A DNA stretch of 64,000 nucleotides from Candidatus Bathyarchaeia archaeon (GTDB lineage Archaea; Thermoproteota; Bathyarchaeia; Bathyarchaeales; DTEX01). The stretch covers positions 46,809 to 110,808 of the forward strand of contig JAVZNR010000004.1 in NCBI GenBank assembly GCA_038882715.1, in the 5' to 3' direction. The notes below the pieces were generated by a model. It was given only the letters and a program-made list of their open reading frames with translations, did no database searches and was not told where the DNA came from. Made by a program: the position numbers and the translations under genes. Below, piece by piece: positions 36,494-45,745 of the stretch (the stretch's first letter is position 1; each line of letters begins with the position of its first letter).

Positions 36494-39400
36494 TCAAGAG
36501 GGTTTAATTAGCAAAGTCTTTATTTCAAATGGATTGATCTGTAGCCTAATTTTATTATCGAGAGTTTCGAGAGGTCTTATTGGCTCCTCCATTAAATCCG
36601 CTTCATAAGCCTCCTTTACACTAAAACTAAATTGTATTTCCATCAGGCCTCCTTCGCCAGAAGCATCGTAAACCCTAACCACCAAGCTGTTTCCTTCCTC
36701 AGCCTCCTTAAAGCATGAAACGACTATGTTGCTTGGCTTAACGTTGATGAAGCTCATCTCCTCATCTGCGCTGCCATGCTCTCTCCGATCTGGAACCGCG
36801 TATGCTATTAGTGGATGGTTTAGCTCCCACCCTCTTCTAAATGTCAGCGCCCTCTTCCAATCGTTTTTATGCGGGTATAACGCGTAAGTTATTTCATGAA
36901 TTCCCTGATCAGGCTTAGGATCGGGACTATAGCTGGTTCTGACAAGCGTCATTCTCACAGTATTACCTTTCACATCGAACCCGTGCTTGCAGGTACTTAT
37001 TATGCTTAGACCATACTCGTCATCGGATAGATCAACCCATCTCAGCGCGGGATACTCGGTTCCATCCGGAACCCTTTCAATGTATCCAAAAGGTATCTCA
37101 AACGTGGCTTTAGACATGTTAAGCATGGGTGTATAGGAGACCTTAAGCATGGGAGCGTCAGTTTCATCATCCGCTAACTCCTGCCAATTAATTAGCATCC
37201 GGAGATCTATTCGAGGCAAACCGTTATAGAGACTTATATATTGGGTAATTTCAGAGTTGCTATGCTTCCAAGAGACCTTGATCGTAGCTCTTACTGGACC
37301 TTTCTCTATGACCTCTGTTTTAGCCCCCCTTATAAGATTCTCTACACGAGATATTGGCCCGATTATCCATGCCGACATTGGATGAGGCGTCTCATATAAA
37401 ATTTGCATTAAATTGCTGAATACGGGTTTAGTGTAGGGGTACCGCTCCTCCTTGAATACAAACCTTCCGTTCACCTTATCATACAGCGTTTTTATTGTGC
37501 CTGAACCCTCATTTATCTCGATCTTAAAGTGGTCGTTCTCAAGCAGATTATGTTGGACTAGTAAGCTTGAACTGTTTTCTTCAGTGGAAGGTTCTTCAAC
37601 TATATAATATACTTTGTAACCTAGTGGTGGAACGCTGGCTAAAAATAATAATTCATCTTCGTGGATCTGAATCGGTCGCCTTTCCTTACCATCATAAGAT
37701 ATTGCGACAGCATTCTTTGGAAGAAGATTCTTAGGAACCTTTACTCTCACTATATCTGTTCTATCCCAAGAAAGAGTGTTGAAGACGATTATGGGTATGC
37801 CAGCTCTCGAATACTTTATCTTTTTAGAGAAGTTCGTCACCTTAAGATCTATTAAGTTTTTGGCAGCTTCAAACGTTTCCTGATAGAGATTTATTGGGTA
37901 TATATATGCTTCAGGGCTTCCACTCCCATCAAGAATATCATGGAATTGGTTAAAGAGCATTTTTAACCATAAGCCCTTCAAATCACTCTTATCGCCGGAT
38001 CCGGTTATAGCGCATATTTTCTCAGCGTCAATGAGTAGAGATTCACACAGCCTATTATATTTTTTGACGTCGCCATGAGTAGTGTAGCATCCATCAAAAG
38101 TGAACTGTAGTTCATCATTAATGACTGGTATTAGTAAACCTCGATCTTCGATCTCTTTTCTAACTTCATTAAAGAATCTATGTGTTGAACTAAAAACTAA
38201 GTCTGGTAAGGTGGGTTTTTTCCGCATCTCATACGTGTTCTCGATATCTTCCACCATAGCTCCTCCACCGTGGTCGCCTGCGCCATAGACAAACATGCTG
38301 GTTTTAAGGCCGTAGCGCTCGTAGAGATCTAAAACTAGATCTATTATGTTTCTCGGAGCCACAAAATTATTATAAATGCTTGTGAAAGCTAAAACCCTTG
38401 ATCCGTCGGGCCCCTCCCACCAGAAAATAGGATGACCTTTACCACAGCGCATAAAATAGTAGTATTTTATACTGAATTTTCTTAAAATCTGTGGCAGGGT
38501 CCATATGTGGCCAAATGTATCCGGCTCCCAACAGACCTCAGTTTTCACATTAAATTTCTCGTAAACATAATGTTTTGCGTATAAGAATTGTCTCAGTAGT
38601 GCTTCAGTGCCAGCCATGTTTAAGTCCGCTTCAACCCACATAGATGCAGTTACATCCCAGTTACCCCTCGTAACATATTGCCTTATCCTCTCAAATAAAT
38701 CTGGGAAACTCTCTTCAACGGTCTTATAAGTTACCGCCTGGCTCTGCGAGAAGTGAAAATCGCCATATTTGTCCATTAGATTAACCATCGTGGAAAAAGT
38801 ATTTTTAATGGTGTTGAGCGTATCTTCCCAAGGCCAAAGCCAGTTCATATCTATGTGAGCATGAGCCACCAAATGAACCCTAAATTTTTTTGCCTCAGCA
38901 GAGAGAGGCGAAATCTCCCTTCGAACCTTATCAATCTCATTCAGCAGATGCTGAAAACTTCCTTCAATGGCGCTAAGATCGAATTTTTCCAATATTTTAT
39001 CTGTAAAATCTTTGTTTAAAACCCTTGCGAATCTAATTTCTTCTATGAAAGACTCTATTTCAAACGCTATCTTTTCAATGTTGCTATAGGTCACGTAGAA
39101 TTGCGGTACATGGATTGGTTCATGCTTCGGAAATAAATGTATCGCTACAACATAGGTTTTTCCAGACTCTGTTCTCTCGTCTAAAATTACTCTTGGTCTG
39201 AGCTCCAGCCAATAGTCTGCACTTAAAACACGTCGCCCGTCAACGAACACCTCGCTTTTACCGAGTATTGCTGATGAATGAAGTTTTACAACAGATCCCG
39301 GAACCTCTATTCCATCAATTTTTTCTGGGACAGTTATTTTACATCTAAGCCACCCTTCACCTTTCCGAGCATCAAATACCATAGGTAACTTAGCTTGCTG

Positions 39401-39592
39401 CCATCGTGAATCATCAAAGTTGGGATCATAGGCTTCTAGGGCTTCACCTTGATAAAATTTCCAGGAAAGCTGGCTTCTGTACCCAGTTAAACTCTCGTAT
39501 CTTCTCCTTAAACCATCAACGATTTTTTCAAACGTTCCCTTGCTGTTATTCAGCGATGACCCTTCCTTCACGTGTTTTAGGGGGCAATTCAT
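36494..39592 (-). CDS. GH38 alpha-mannosidase
   Basis: 1032 aa with VAHAHIDMNWLW, PDTFGH and the QFHDILDGS context, all typical of GH38. Its ATG overlaps the upstream gene's TGA (ATGA at 39589..39592). Confidence 0.9.
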   Translation of the reverse strand: MNCPLKHVKEGSSLNNSKGTFEKIVDGLRRRYESLTGYRSQLSWKFYQGEALEAYDPNFDDSRWQQAKLPMVFDARKGEGWLRCKITVPEKIDGIEVPGSVVKLHSSAILGKSEVFVDGRRVLSADYWLELRPRVILDERTESGKTYVVAIHLFPKHEPIHVPQFYVTYSNIEKIAFEIESFIEEIRFARVLNKDFTDKILEKFDLSAIEGSFQHLLNEIDKVRREISPLSAEAKKFRVHLVAHAHIDMNWLWPWEDTLNTIKNTFSTMVNLMDKYGDFHFSQSQAVTYKTVEESFPDLFERIRQYVTRGNWDVTASMWVEADLNMAGTEALLRQFLYAKHYVYEKFNVKTEVCWEPDTFGHIWTLPQILRKFSIKYYYFMRCGKGHPIFWWEGPDGSRVLAFTSIYNNFVAPRNIIDLVLDLYERYGLKTSMFVYGAGDHGGGAMVEDIENTYEMRKKPTLPDLVFSSTHRFFNEVRKEIEDRGLLIPVINDELQFTFDGCYTTHGDVKKYNRLCESLLIDAEKICAITGSGDKSDLKGLWLKMLFNQFHDILDGSGSPEAYIYPINLYQETFEAAKNLIDLKVTNFSKKIKYSRAGIPIIVFNTLSWDRTDIVRVKVPKNLLPKNAVAISYDGKERRPIQIHEDELLFLASVPPLGYKVYYIVEEPSTEENSSSLLVQHNLLENDHFKIEINEGSGTIKTLYDKVNGRFVFKEERYPYTKPVFSNLMQILYETPHPMSAWIIGPISRVENLIRGAKTEVIEKGPVRATIKVSWKHSNSEITQYISLYNGLPRIDLRMLINWQELADDETDAPMLKVSYTPMLNMSKATFEIPFGYIERVPDGTEYPALRWVDLSDDEYGLSIISTCKHGFDVKGNTVRMTLVRTSYSPDPKPDQGIHEITYALYPHKNDWKRALTFRRGWELNHPLIAYAVPDRREHGSADEEMSFINVKPSNIVVSCFKEAEEGNSLVVRVYDASGEGGLMEIQFSFSVKEAYEADLMEEPIRPLETLDNKIRLQINPFEIKTLLIKPS

Positions 39593-40791
39593 TCAGGGAC
39601 ATTTATCCATCTGCCTTTCTCTGCGGAATCTAGTATTGCCTCCATAACCTCTTGGCACTTTAATCCATCATAGAAGGTTGCGCCTAAAGGTGCAATCGGC
39701 TTATCGTTAACTACGCAATCTATGAAGTGATGGATCTCATGGACAAATGTGTGCTCCCATCCAATTATGTGGCCGTGAGGCCACCAGTATTCGATATATG
39801 GATGAACGGTCTCCGTGACCAAGATATTTCTGAAACCCATTCTATCTGCAGGGTCTTTTCTCGAATATACTTCTAGCTCGTTTAGTCTCTCAAGGTTAAA
39901 GCATATTGTGCCCTCTGTGCCATGAATTTCTATTCTCTGGTAGTTTTTCCTTCCAGCGCAGAACCTTGAAGCCTCTAAGCTGCCTATCGCCCCATTCTTA
40001 AATCTGACAAGTGAGATGAAGGCGTCATCGACATCAACCTGCCCTTTCTTTGATGGGTCTTCTGGCAATGGACGTTCTTTAATAAATGTCTCCGTCATAC
40101 CGCAGACAGAGGAAATTTCCCCGATAAGGAACCTGGCCAAATCTATTATGTGTGAGCCTAAGTCCCCTAGGGCTCCTGCCCCCGCTACATCCTTACGAAG
40201 TCTCCAAACAAGTGGGAAATTGGGATCCATAATCCACTCCTGAAGGTAAACAGCTCTAAACTGTAGAATCTTTCCAATGTAACCCTCATCGATAAGTCTT
40301 TTAGATAATCTTATTGCCGGAACAAATCGGTAGTTGAAAGCCGTCATGTGTTTGACCCCGGCCTTCTCAGCCGCCCTATACATTTCTTCAGCTTCTTTCA
40401 CGGTGGTTGCCAGAGGTTTTTCGCAAAGAACATGCTTCCCACTTTCAGCAGCTTCGATAATTGGAGGGGCATGCATATTGTTCGGCAATCCGTTGTCCAC
40501 TATCTCAACGTTTTCGTCTTTAATCAGCGCCCTCCAGTCAGTATAATATTTCTCGAACCCATATCTTTTAGCGGCCTCAGCAACAGCTTTCTCAGTCCTT
40601 CCAAATATTGCTACTAATCTTGGCTTCGCAGGGGGAGGATAGAAGAATATTGGCATCTTTATATACGCGTTTGCGTGAGCTTTACCCATAAATGCGTAGC
40701 CAAGTAAGCCTACGCCTATCTCCTTAATCTCCTTCACTTCGCCTGCAACCTTACCCATCCTTACGAAACCTACTTCCTTCTCCTCAGGCAT
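39589..40791 (-). CDS. Gfo/Idh/MocA family NAD(P)-dependent oxidoreductase
   Basis: Rossmann-type N-terminus IGVGLLGYAFMGKAH, the GFO family motif LCEKPLA, and a C-terminal alpha/beta dimerisation domain. Confidence 0.85.
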   Translation of the reverse strand: MPEEKEVGFVRMGKVAGEVKEIKEIGVGLLGYAFMGKAHANAYIKMPIFFYPPPAKPRLVAIFGRTEKAVAEAAKRYGFEKYYTDWRALIKDENVEIVDNGLPNNMHAPPIIEAAESGKHVLCEKPLATTVKEAEEMYRAAEKAGVKHMTAFNYRFVPAIRLSKRLIDEGYIGKILQFRAVYLQEWIMDPNFPLVWRLRKDVAGAGALGDLGSHIIDLARFLIGEISSVCGMTETFIKERPLPEDPSKKGQVDVDDAFISLVRFKNGAIGSLEASRFCAGRKNYQRIEIHGTEGTICFNLERLNELEVYSRKDPADRMGFRNILVTETVHPYIEYWWPHGHIIGWEHTFVHEIHHFIDCVVNDKPIAPLGATFYDGLKCQEVMEAILDSAEKGRWINVPE

Positions 40792-40798
40792 CGCTATC

Positions 40799-41761
40799 TC
40801 ACCACCAAACCTTCTCTAATGGAGCTTTGATGATTAAAGGCTTTAAGAAAGCTATACATTTCTCGCAGCCATCTTCCCTGCTCATAACCGGATCTTCATG
40901 CTCATAGCTTAATACATAATCGTATCCAACCTCAACAAAAGCCGTCAATATCCTTTTCCAGTTCACGTCGCCCCAGCCGACGACACGAAATCTAAAACCT
41001 CTATCCGGTCTACGCCATGAGCCGGTAGGTATGCAACCAGATATTGGAAGATTCTCTTTAACAAGCTCAGCGTCTTTTGCGTGCGCATGGTAAATCCTGT
41101 CACCGAATTTTTTGATGAACACTACTGGATCAATGCCCTGCCAGACAAGATGGCTCGGGTCAAAATTAAAGCCGAACTCTTTCTTACCGTTTATGGCTTT
41201 AATCGCTCGTTCGGCTGTCTCAATATTATAAGCCTGCTCCTGCGGGTGAACTTCATGCGCGAACTTTACGCCGTGAGCCGCAAAATGATCTAGGATTTCT
41301 CCCCAGCGCTCAGCGAAAACCTCAAATCCCCTCTCAAAAATCTTCTCGTATGCTGGCGGAAAGATATACCATGCGCCCCAGTTTGGAGCCCCAATAAAAC
41401 CGTTTACTACAGGGACATCTAGAGCTGCGGCGGCTTCGGCCGTCTTCTTCATGCGCTCCACACCGTACTTAACTTTTTCCTCAGGGGTCCCCTTAAACCA
41501 TTCATCGGTCGACTCGTCGTGAGGGCCTAAAACAAGTTGTCCCTCGAGATGGTTGCTCAATGCTGAAATCATTAGACCATATTTCTCCACGGTCCTCTTG
41601 TATTCGGATGCGCCTCCACTAAGAATCTTCTCTATATTTATGTGATTGCTTCCTTTCCAAGCGGCTATCTCTACAGCCTCATAGCCAAGCTTTGAGACGT
41701 ATTCTAAGACTTTCTCGAGACTTAGCTCGTTGAACAGTATTGTGAATATACCTATCTTCAA
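40799..41761 (-). CDS. xylose-isomerase-like TIM barrel ('sugar phosphate isomerase/epimerase' family)
   Basis: GYEAVEI, HEVHP, NFDPSHL, YHAHAKD and SYEHED, the metal-ligand pattern of the AP-endonuclease-2/xylose-isomerase fold. It ends 7 nt upstream of the GFO gene. Confidence 0.85.
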   Translation of the reverse strand: MKIGIFTILFNELSLEKVLEYVSKLGYEAVEIAAWKGSNHINIEKILSGGASEYKRTVEKYGLMISALSNHLEGQLVLGPHDESTDEWFKGTPEEKVKYGVERMKKTAEAAAALDVPVVNGFIGAPNWGAWYIFPPAYEKIFERGFEVFAERWGEILDHFAAHGVKFAHEVHPQEQAYNIETAERAIKAINGKKEFGFNFDPSHLVWQGIDPVVFIKKFGDRIYHAHAKDAELVKENLPISGCIPTGSWRRPDRGFRFRVVGWGDVNWKRILTAFVEVGYDYVLSYEHEDPVMSREDGCEKCIAFLKPLIIKAPLEKVWW

Positions 41762-41821
41762 ATTAAACCCCCCATTCTGACAAAAATATTTATGCTGAAT
41801 GCTAATAAATATCTTTGGGAA

Positions 41822-42052
41822 CTAAAGATCGTCAACATCGGTAGCTTCTTCCTCTTCCTGTTTTTCATAGTTTTTCTCTAAGTAGTATCTTCTCGTTCTT
41901 ATATCGCAGCCGATTTTACCTTCCTCAAAGAGTTTACGCAGAGACCTAAAGACGGCTTTAGGCGCCTTATTTAATTTCTCAGCTATCTCCATTAGAGTTA
42001 AAGGTTCAGACTCCTTTAGAAGGCTTAAGATTTCATCTTCCAGTTTACCCAT
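41822..42052 (-). CDS. small winged-helix protein with acidic tail; candidate local regulator
   Basis: 76 aa, ILSLLKESEPLTLMEIAEKLNKAPKAVFRSLRKLFEEGKI. It sits at the head of the TIM-GFO-GH38 gene string and is divergent from the GFO gene at 42174. Confidence 0.5.
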   Translation of the reverse strand: MGKLEDEILSLLKESEPLTLMEIAEKLNKAPKAVFRSLRKLFEEGKIGCDIRTRRYYLEKNYEKQEEEEATDVDDL

Positions 42053-42173
42053 AAAGTAAACCTCCTTTTATCAGAGGATTATTATTGAAAATTTAAATCT
42101 TTAGCTTAGCCGACATTAGTTCAAACCCGTCTATCCATAATCCTTAAATTGGCATAAGGTTAATCTTAAACCC

Positions 42174-43319
42174 ATGGAAAAAATAAATATTGCATTAATA
42201 GGATGCGGTGGAATATCTAATGCGCACATTGGAGGGCTCCGCGCCCTAAGCACATCGGGACTAAAGATCTTTAACGTAAAAGCGGTATGTGACGTTGCTG
42301 AGAAAAACGCTGAAGAGAAGGCTAATTTAATCCATTATTTCCAGGATTCTAAACCGAGAGTCTACACAGATATCGATAGAATGCTTAGGGAAGAGAGCCT
42401 CGACGCTGTAGACATATGTTTACCGCACAACATACATCATACGGTAGCTTCTCAATGTTTAGAGAGAGGGCTACATGTAATTATCGAGAAGCCACTAGCG
42501 ATAACCATGAGGGCTGCAAAACGTATCATTGATGAAGCATCGAAACATAATAAGGTGCTGGCTGTCGCAGAGAATTATAGAAGAGCGCAAAAAGAGAGAG
42601 CTTTCTGGTGGGCTATAAGAGAAGGGCTGATCGGCGAGCCACGTATCGTCCTATGGTCTGCCATGAGCTGGGGTCCTAAGCCATGGGGCTGGAGAGAAGA
42701 TAAGTTTTCCGCTGGTGGAAGCTGGGTTTTTGATGGAGGTGTACATTGGGCGGATCTAGATAGATATCAGCTTGGTAGGGAGGCGATAGAAGTTTTCGCC
42801 ATGTGCCATACTTTTGACCCGGTTAAGGAGAATGTGAAAGTGACGGTTGACGACATGACCATAGCGATAATAAGATATGAAGGAAATGTTTTTTCTCAGT
42901 GGATCTGGACACGGGCAACGCCAGCTAAAAGGATCTACATGCACACCATATGTGGCTCAAAGGGAAACCTTTCAGATGATGGTATTCACCTGGAAACAGA
43001 ATATGGAAAAATTGAAACTAAATCTATAGATACGCTTGTAGAAGAGATGCGGAGAAACCTTCCTAAAGAAACCTTGGAGAAACTTTTCCCAAGAGGGATA
43101 ACTGATACATTTGCCATCGAGTTATACGATTTCTACGACTCGGTGGTCAGCAAAGGAAAACCTGAAGTTGACGCGATTGAAGCGTATAAAGACATGGCGA
43201 TACCTTTAGGCTTTTACGAGTCGGCCAAGCTAAACAAACCTGTCAGAGTTAAAGATGTTGAGGATTTACTCGTTGAAGAGTATCAGAAGGAGATAAATGA
43301 GAAACTCTCAATAACGTAA
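42174..43319 (+). CDS. Gfo/Idh/MocA family oxidoreductase
   Basis: INIALIGCGGISNAH and IIEKPLA, with a C-terminal GFO domain. Confidence 0.85.
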   Translation: MEKINIALIGCGGISNAHIGGLRALSTSGLKIFNVKAVCDVAEKNAEEKANLIHYFQDSKPRVYTDIDRMLREESLDAVDICLPHNIHHTVASQCLERGLHVIIEKPLAITMRAAKRIIDEASKHNKVLAVAENYRRAQKERAFWWAIREGLIGEPRIVLWSAMSWGPKPWGWREDKFSAGGSWVFDGGVHWADLDRYQLGREAIEVFAMCHTFDPVKENVKVTVDDMTIAIIRYEGNVFSQWIWTRATPAKRIYMHTICGSKGNLSDDGIHLETEYGKIETKSIDTLVEEMRRNLPKETLEKLFPRGITDTFAIELYDFYDSVVSKGKPEVDAIEAYKDMAIPLGFYESAKLNKPVRVKDVEDLLVEEYQKEINEKLSIT

Positions 43320-43372
43320 CCCCCTTATTTCTTTATAATCGAATATGGGGAAATTTTCGTCGCAAAAATAGG

Positions 43373-44578
43373 TTGCTCTCATTATTTTATCGTTGTTCTC
43401 AACTTTTTATACTTGAGGGAAAGTTAAGATACAAGCGTCCTAGAATTATATTTTTGGTGAAAATATTGGGAAAATGCTCAGTATGCGGCATTAGCTCGCC
43501 TCTAGTTTCCAGTAATCTAGGCGTATGCTCAAAATGCATAAAGGAGAAGCCAGAGGAAGCCCTAAAGGTGGTTAGCAGGGTACGCGAGGTTTCACGCAGA
43601 TCATTTAATCTACCATCAAGTGTACCAAAAAGCCCGGAAGGCGTAAAGTGTGGAATGTGCAGAAATGAATGCGCCATTCCTTCTGGAGAAAAAGGATTCT
43701 GCGGTCTCTCATATAATGTTGAAGGCTCCCTCACACGTCTAGGTGGAACGCCGGAGAAAGGTATTTTAGAATGGTACTATGACCCTTTGCCGACGAACTG
43801 CGTAGCATGGTGGTTTTGTCCTGGCTGCACAGGCGCTGGCTATCCGAAGTACGCTTATAAGCCAACTGCCGAGACTGGCTATATGAATCTCGCCGTCTTC
43901 TATGGTGCATGTAGCCTAGATTGCCTCTTCTGCCAAAACTGGCATTACAGAACTCTCTCTCAGAGACTAAGTCCCTATTTAAGCTGTGAGGAGTTAGCTG
44001 ACAAAGTTAATAGCAGGGTCTCATGCATATGCTTCTTTGGCGGAGACCCATCGGTTCAAATGCCCCATGCGTTAAAAACCAGCGAGATAGCGCTAAAAAA
44101 GGCTGAGGATGGAAAACGTATATTGAGGATATGTTGGGAAACAAATGGAAACATGAGTAAAAGTTTTGCTATTAAAGCAGCTGAATTATCGTTCAGGAGC
44201 GGCGGCATCGTAAAGTATGATCTAAAAGCATGGGACGAAAACATTTACAAAGCTCTATGCGGAGCCTCAAACAAGCCTTCCTTTGAAAATTTCAGAACTA
44301 TAGGCGAAAAGTACTTTAGGGAAAGACCGGAAGTCCCTGTTTTAACAGCAAGTACCCTTCTTATCCCAGGCTACATAGATCCCTCGGATGTTGAGGAGAT
44401 AGCTAAGTTTATTGCGAGCGTAGACCCAGATATCCCGTATACTCTGCTCGCGTTCTATCCGCAATACGTTATGAGCGACCTGCCAACTACAAGTAGAAAA
44501 CAAGCTTATGACTGCTATAACGCGGCGAAAAGATATCTTAGAAAAGTGAATATAGGAAATATTCATCTGCTCTCTTAG
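43373..44578 (+). CDS. radical SAM enzyme of the PflA / AmmeMemoRadiSam-like (COG1180-type) class with N-terminal Cys-rich region
   Basis: CSLDCLFCQNWHY (CxxxCxxC followed by QNW), upstream CGMCRNEC...FCG and a CSVCG...CSKC ribbon. There is no Cys-rich SPASM-type C-terminus. The start is uncertain (TTG in the ORF track). Confidence 0.75.
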   Translation: MLSLFYRCSQLFILEGKLRYKRPRIIFLVKILGKCSVCGISSPLVSSNLGVCSKCIKEKPEEALKVVSRVREVSRRSFNLPSSVPKSPEGVKCGMCRNECAIPSGEKGFCGLSYNVEGSLTRLGGTPEKGILEWYYDPLPTNCVAWWFCPGCTGAGYPKYAYKPTAETGYMNLAVFYGACSLDCLFCQNWHYRTLSQRLSPYLSCEELADKVNSRVSCICFFGGDPSVQMPHALKTSEIALKKAEDGKRILRICWETNGNMSKSFAIKAAELSFRSGGIVKYDLKAWDENIYKALCGASNKPSFENFRTIGEKYFRERPEVPVLTASTLLIPGYIDPSDVEEIAKFIASVDPDIPYTLLAFYPQYVMSDLPTTSRKQAYDCYNAAKRYLRKVNIGNIHLLS

Positions 44579-44589
44579 CCTGATTTTAT

Positions 44590-44611
44590 CTATGGATCAT
44601 TTTTCTATCCA
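44590..44611. promoter_or_regulatory. copy 1 of a 22-nt element containing the inverted repeat ATGGAT-N9-ATCCAT
   Basis: CTATGGATCATTTTTCTATCCA. It is 19/22 identical to 44767..44788. Confidence 0.4.
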
Positions 44612-44766
44612 TGAACGAAGCGTAAATCGACTCCTCCCCGATCGAGCGAAGCATTTTTGGACATAAAAAATGTCTATTAACGCGAAATCAAGCGGCACTT
44701 TCGTCTTAAGCGAACGACCTCCATGCGAAATGAATTCGAGCCTTCCTTAAAAGTGCTCTTTCTAAA

Positions 44767-44788
44767 CTATGGATTCTTCTTCTATCCA
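44767..44788. promoter_or_regulatory. copy 2 of the 22-nt element (TGGAT-N9-ATCCA), just upstream of a TATA-like box
   Basis: CTATGGATTCTTCTTCTATCCA. It ends 22 nt upstream of TTATATTA (44811..44818). Confidence 0.4.
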
Positions 44789-44810
44789 AACGGAGAAAAA
44801 TCTTAGTTAA

Positions 44811-44818
44811 TTATATTA
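44811..44818 (+). promoter_or_regulatory. TATA-like box for the TIM-barrel gene pair
   Basis: TTATATTA, 39 nt upstream of the ATG at 44857. This would place a start site near 44840 if archaeal -26 spacing applies. Confidence 0.3.
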
Positions 44819-44841
44819 GTTGAGTGTAAGAATAAAATGGT

Positions 44842-45708
44842 TTGAGGCATCTAAAAATGGTTAGGGTGTCCTGTAGTTTATGGGGTTATAGGGACTGGCC
44901 GCGAGAAAAAGCCCTAGAGGATATTGGAAAAATCGGATACAAAGGTGTTGAAATAGTTATGCATCATTTAGGGACTCCAATTGGCTACCATTTGAATCAG
45001 AATGCTCTTCCACTTAATAGCGAGGAGATGGATAAATTGAAGAGAGAGCTCAGCGAGAACAATCTTCGCATCGTCTGCCTATCTCCCTCAAGCGATTTCC
45101 TTGTACCTCCCAGCGTAAGACAGTTTGTGCCACACCTCCCTTCACCTGATGATGCTACAGTGTTAAGGAAAGTTATAGATCTTGCTGTTGAACTAGGGAA
45201 ACCCTTAGTTCGCCCATTTCCTTGCGCCGATAAACCTACCTATATGAGCATGGAAGAGGCTTTAAACGTTGTGATCCGTGGATTAAAAGATATAACGGCA
45301 TATGCAGCGTCCCTTGATGTTAAAATTGCGCTAGATGTTACACATAGCCGGGTAACCAACACCGTAAATAATGCCGTAAAAATACTTGAGAAGGTGGACT
45401 CAGATTATTTTGGATTTAACATTCACACCGTTGGCAAATTAGCGATTCTGCTGGCGGAAGCTCTCATCGCTAATGGTTGGGGCGATAAAATATTCCATAC
45501 GCACCTTCTTGATGCAAAAAGAATGCCAGGCAAACCATTTGGAGAACCAGTTCCACTCGGCGAAGGTGACAACTATATAGAGGAGTTTCTTATACTCCTT
45601 AAAGACGCAAAATATTCCGGCTGGTACAATTTTGAGGGAAAAAGAGAGGACGCAAAAGCTGCCCATGATTACTTAATTGGGAAAATTAAAGAATTAAATC
45701 TCCCATAA
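44842..45708 (+). CDS. xylose-isomerase-like TIM barrel protein
   Basis: GYKGVEI, LDVTH and FHTHLLD, the fold-typical metal-ligand spacing. The likely true start is the ATG at 44857 (MVRVSCSLWGY). Confidence 0.7.
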   Translation: MRHLKMVRVSCSLWGYRDWPREKALEDIGKIGYKGVEIVMHHLGTPIGYHLNQNALPLNSEEMDKLKRELSENNLRIVCLSPSSDFLVPPSVRQFVPHLPSPDDATVLRKVIDLAVELGKPLVRPFPCADKPTYMSMEEALNVVIRGLKDITAYAASLDVKIALDVTHSRVTNTVNNAVKILEKVDSDYFGFNIHTVGKLAILLAEALIANGWGDKIFHTHLLDAKRMPGKPFGEPVPLGEGDNYIEEFLILLKDAKYSGWYNFEGKREDAKAAHDYLIGKIKELNLP

Positions 45709-45745
45709 AAGTTTATCATGTGGCGCCTTAAAGGAGGACCCGCTT

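Noticed and set aside
44670-44750. 26-codon ORF (MSINAKSSGTFVLSERPPCEMNSSLP) just downstream of the radical-SAM gene, considered as a possible RiPP precursor.
   Set aside because: The radical-SAM enzyme lacks a SPASM/twitch-type Cys-rich C-terminal domain and any RiPP recognition element I can see. The peptide has a single Cys. Its ATG is buried in the GACAT-AAAAA-ATGTC hairpin with no ribosome-binding site. This is too speculative to call.
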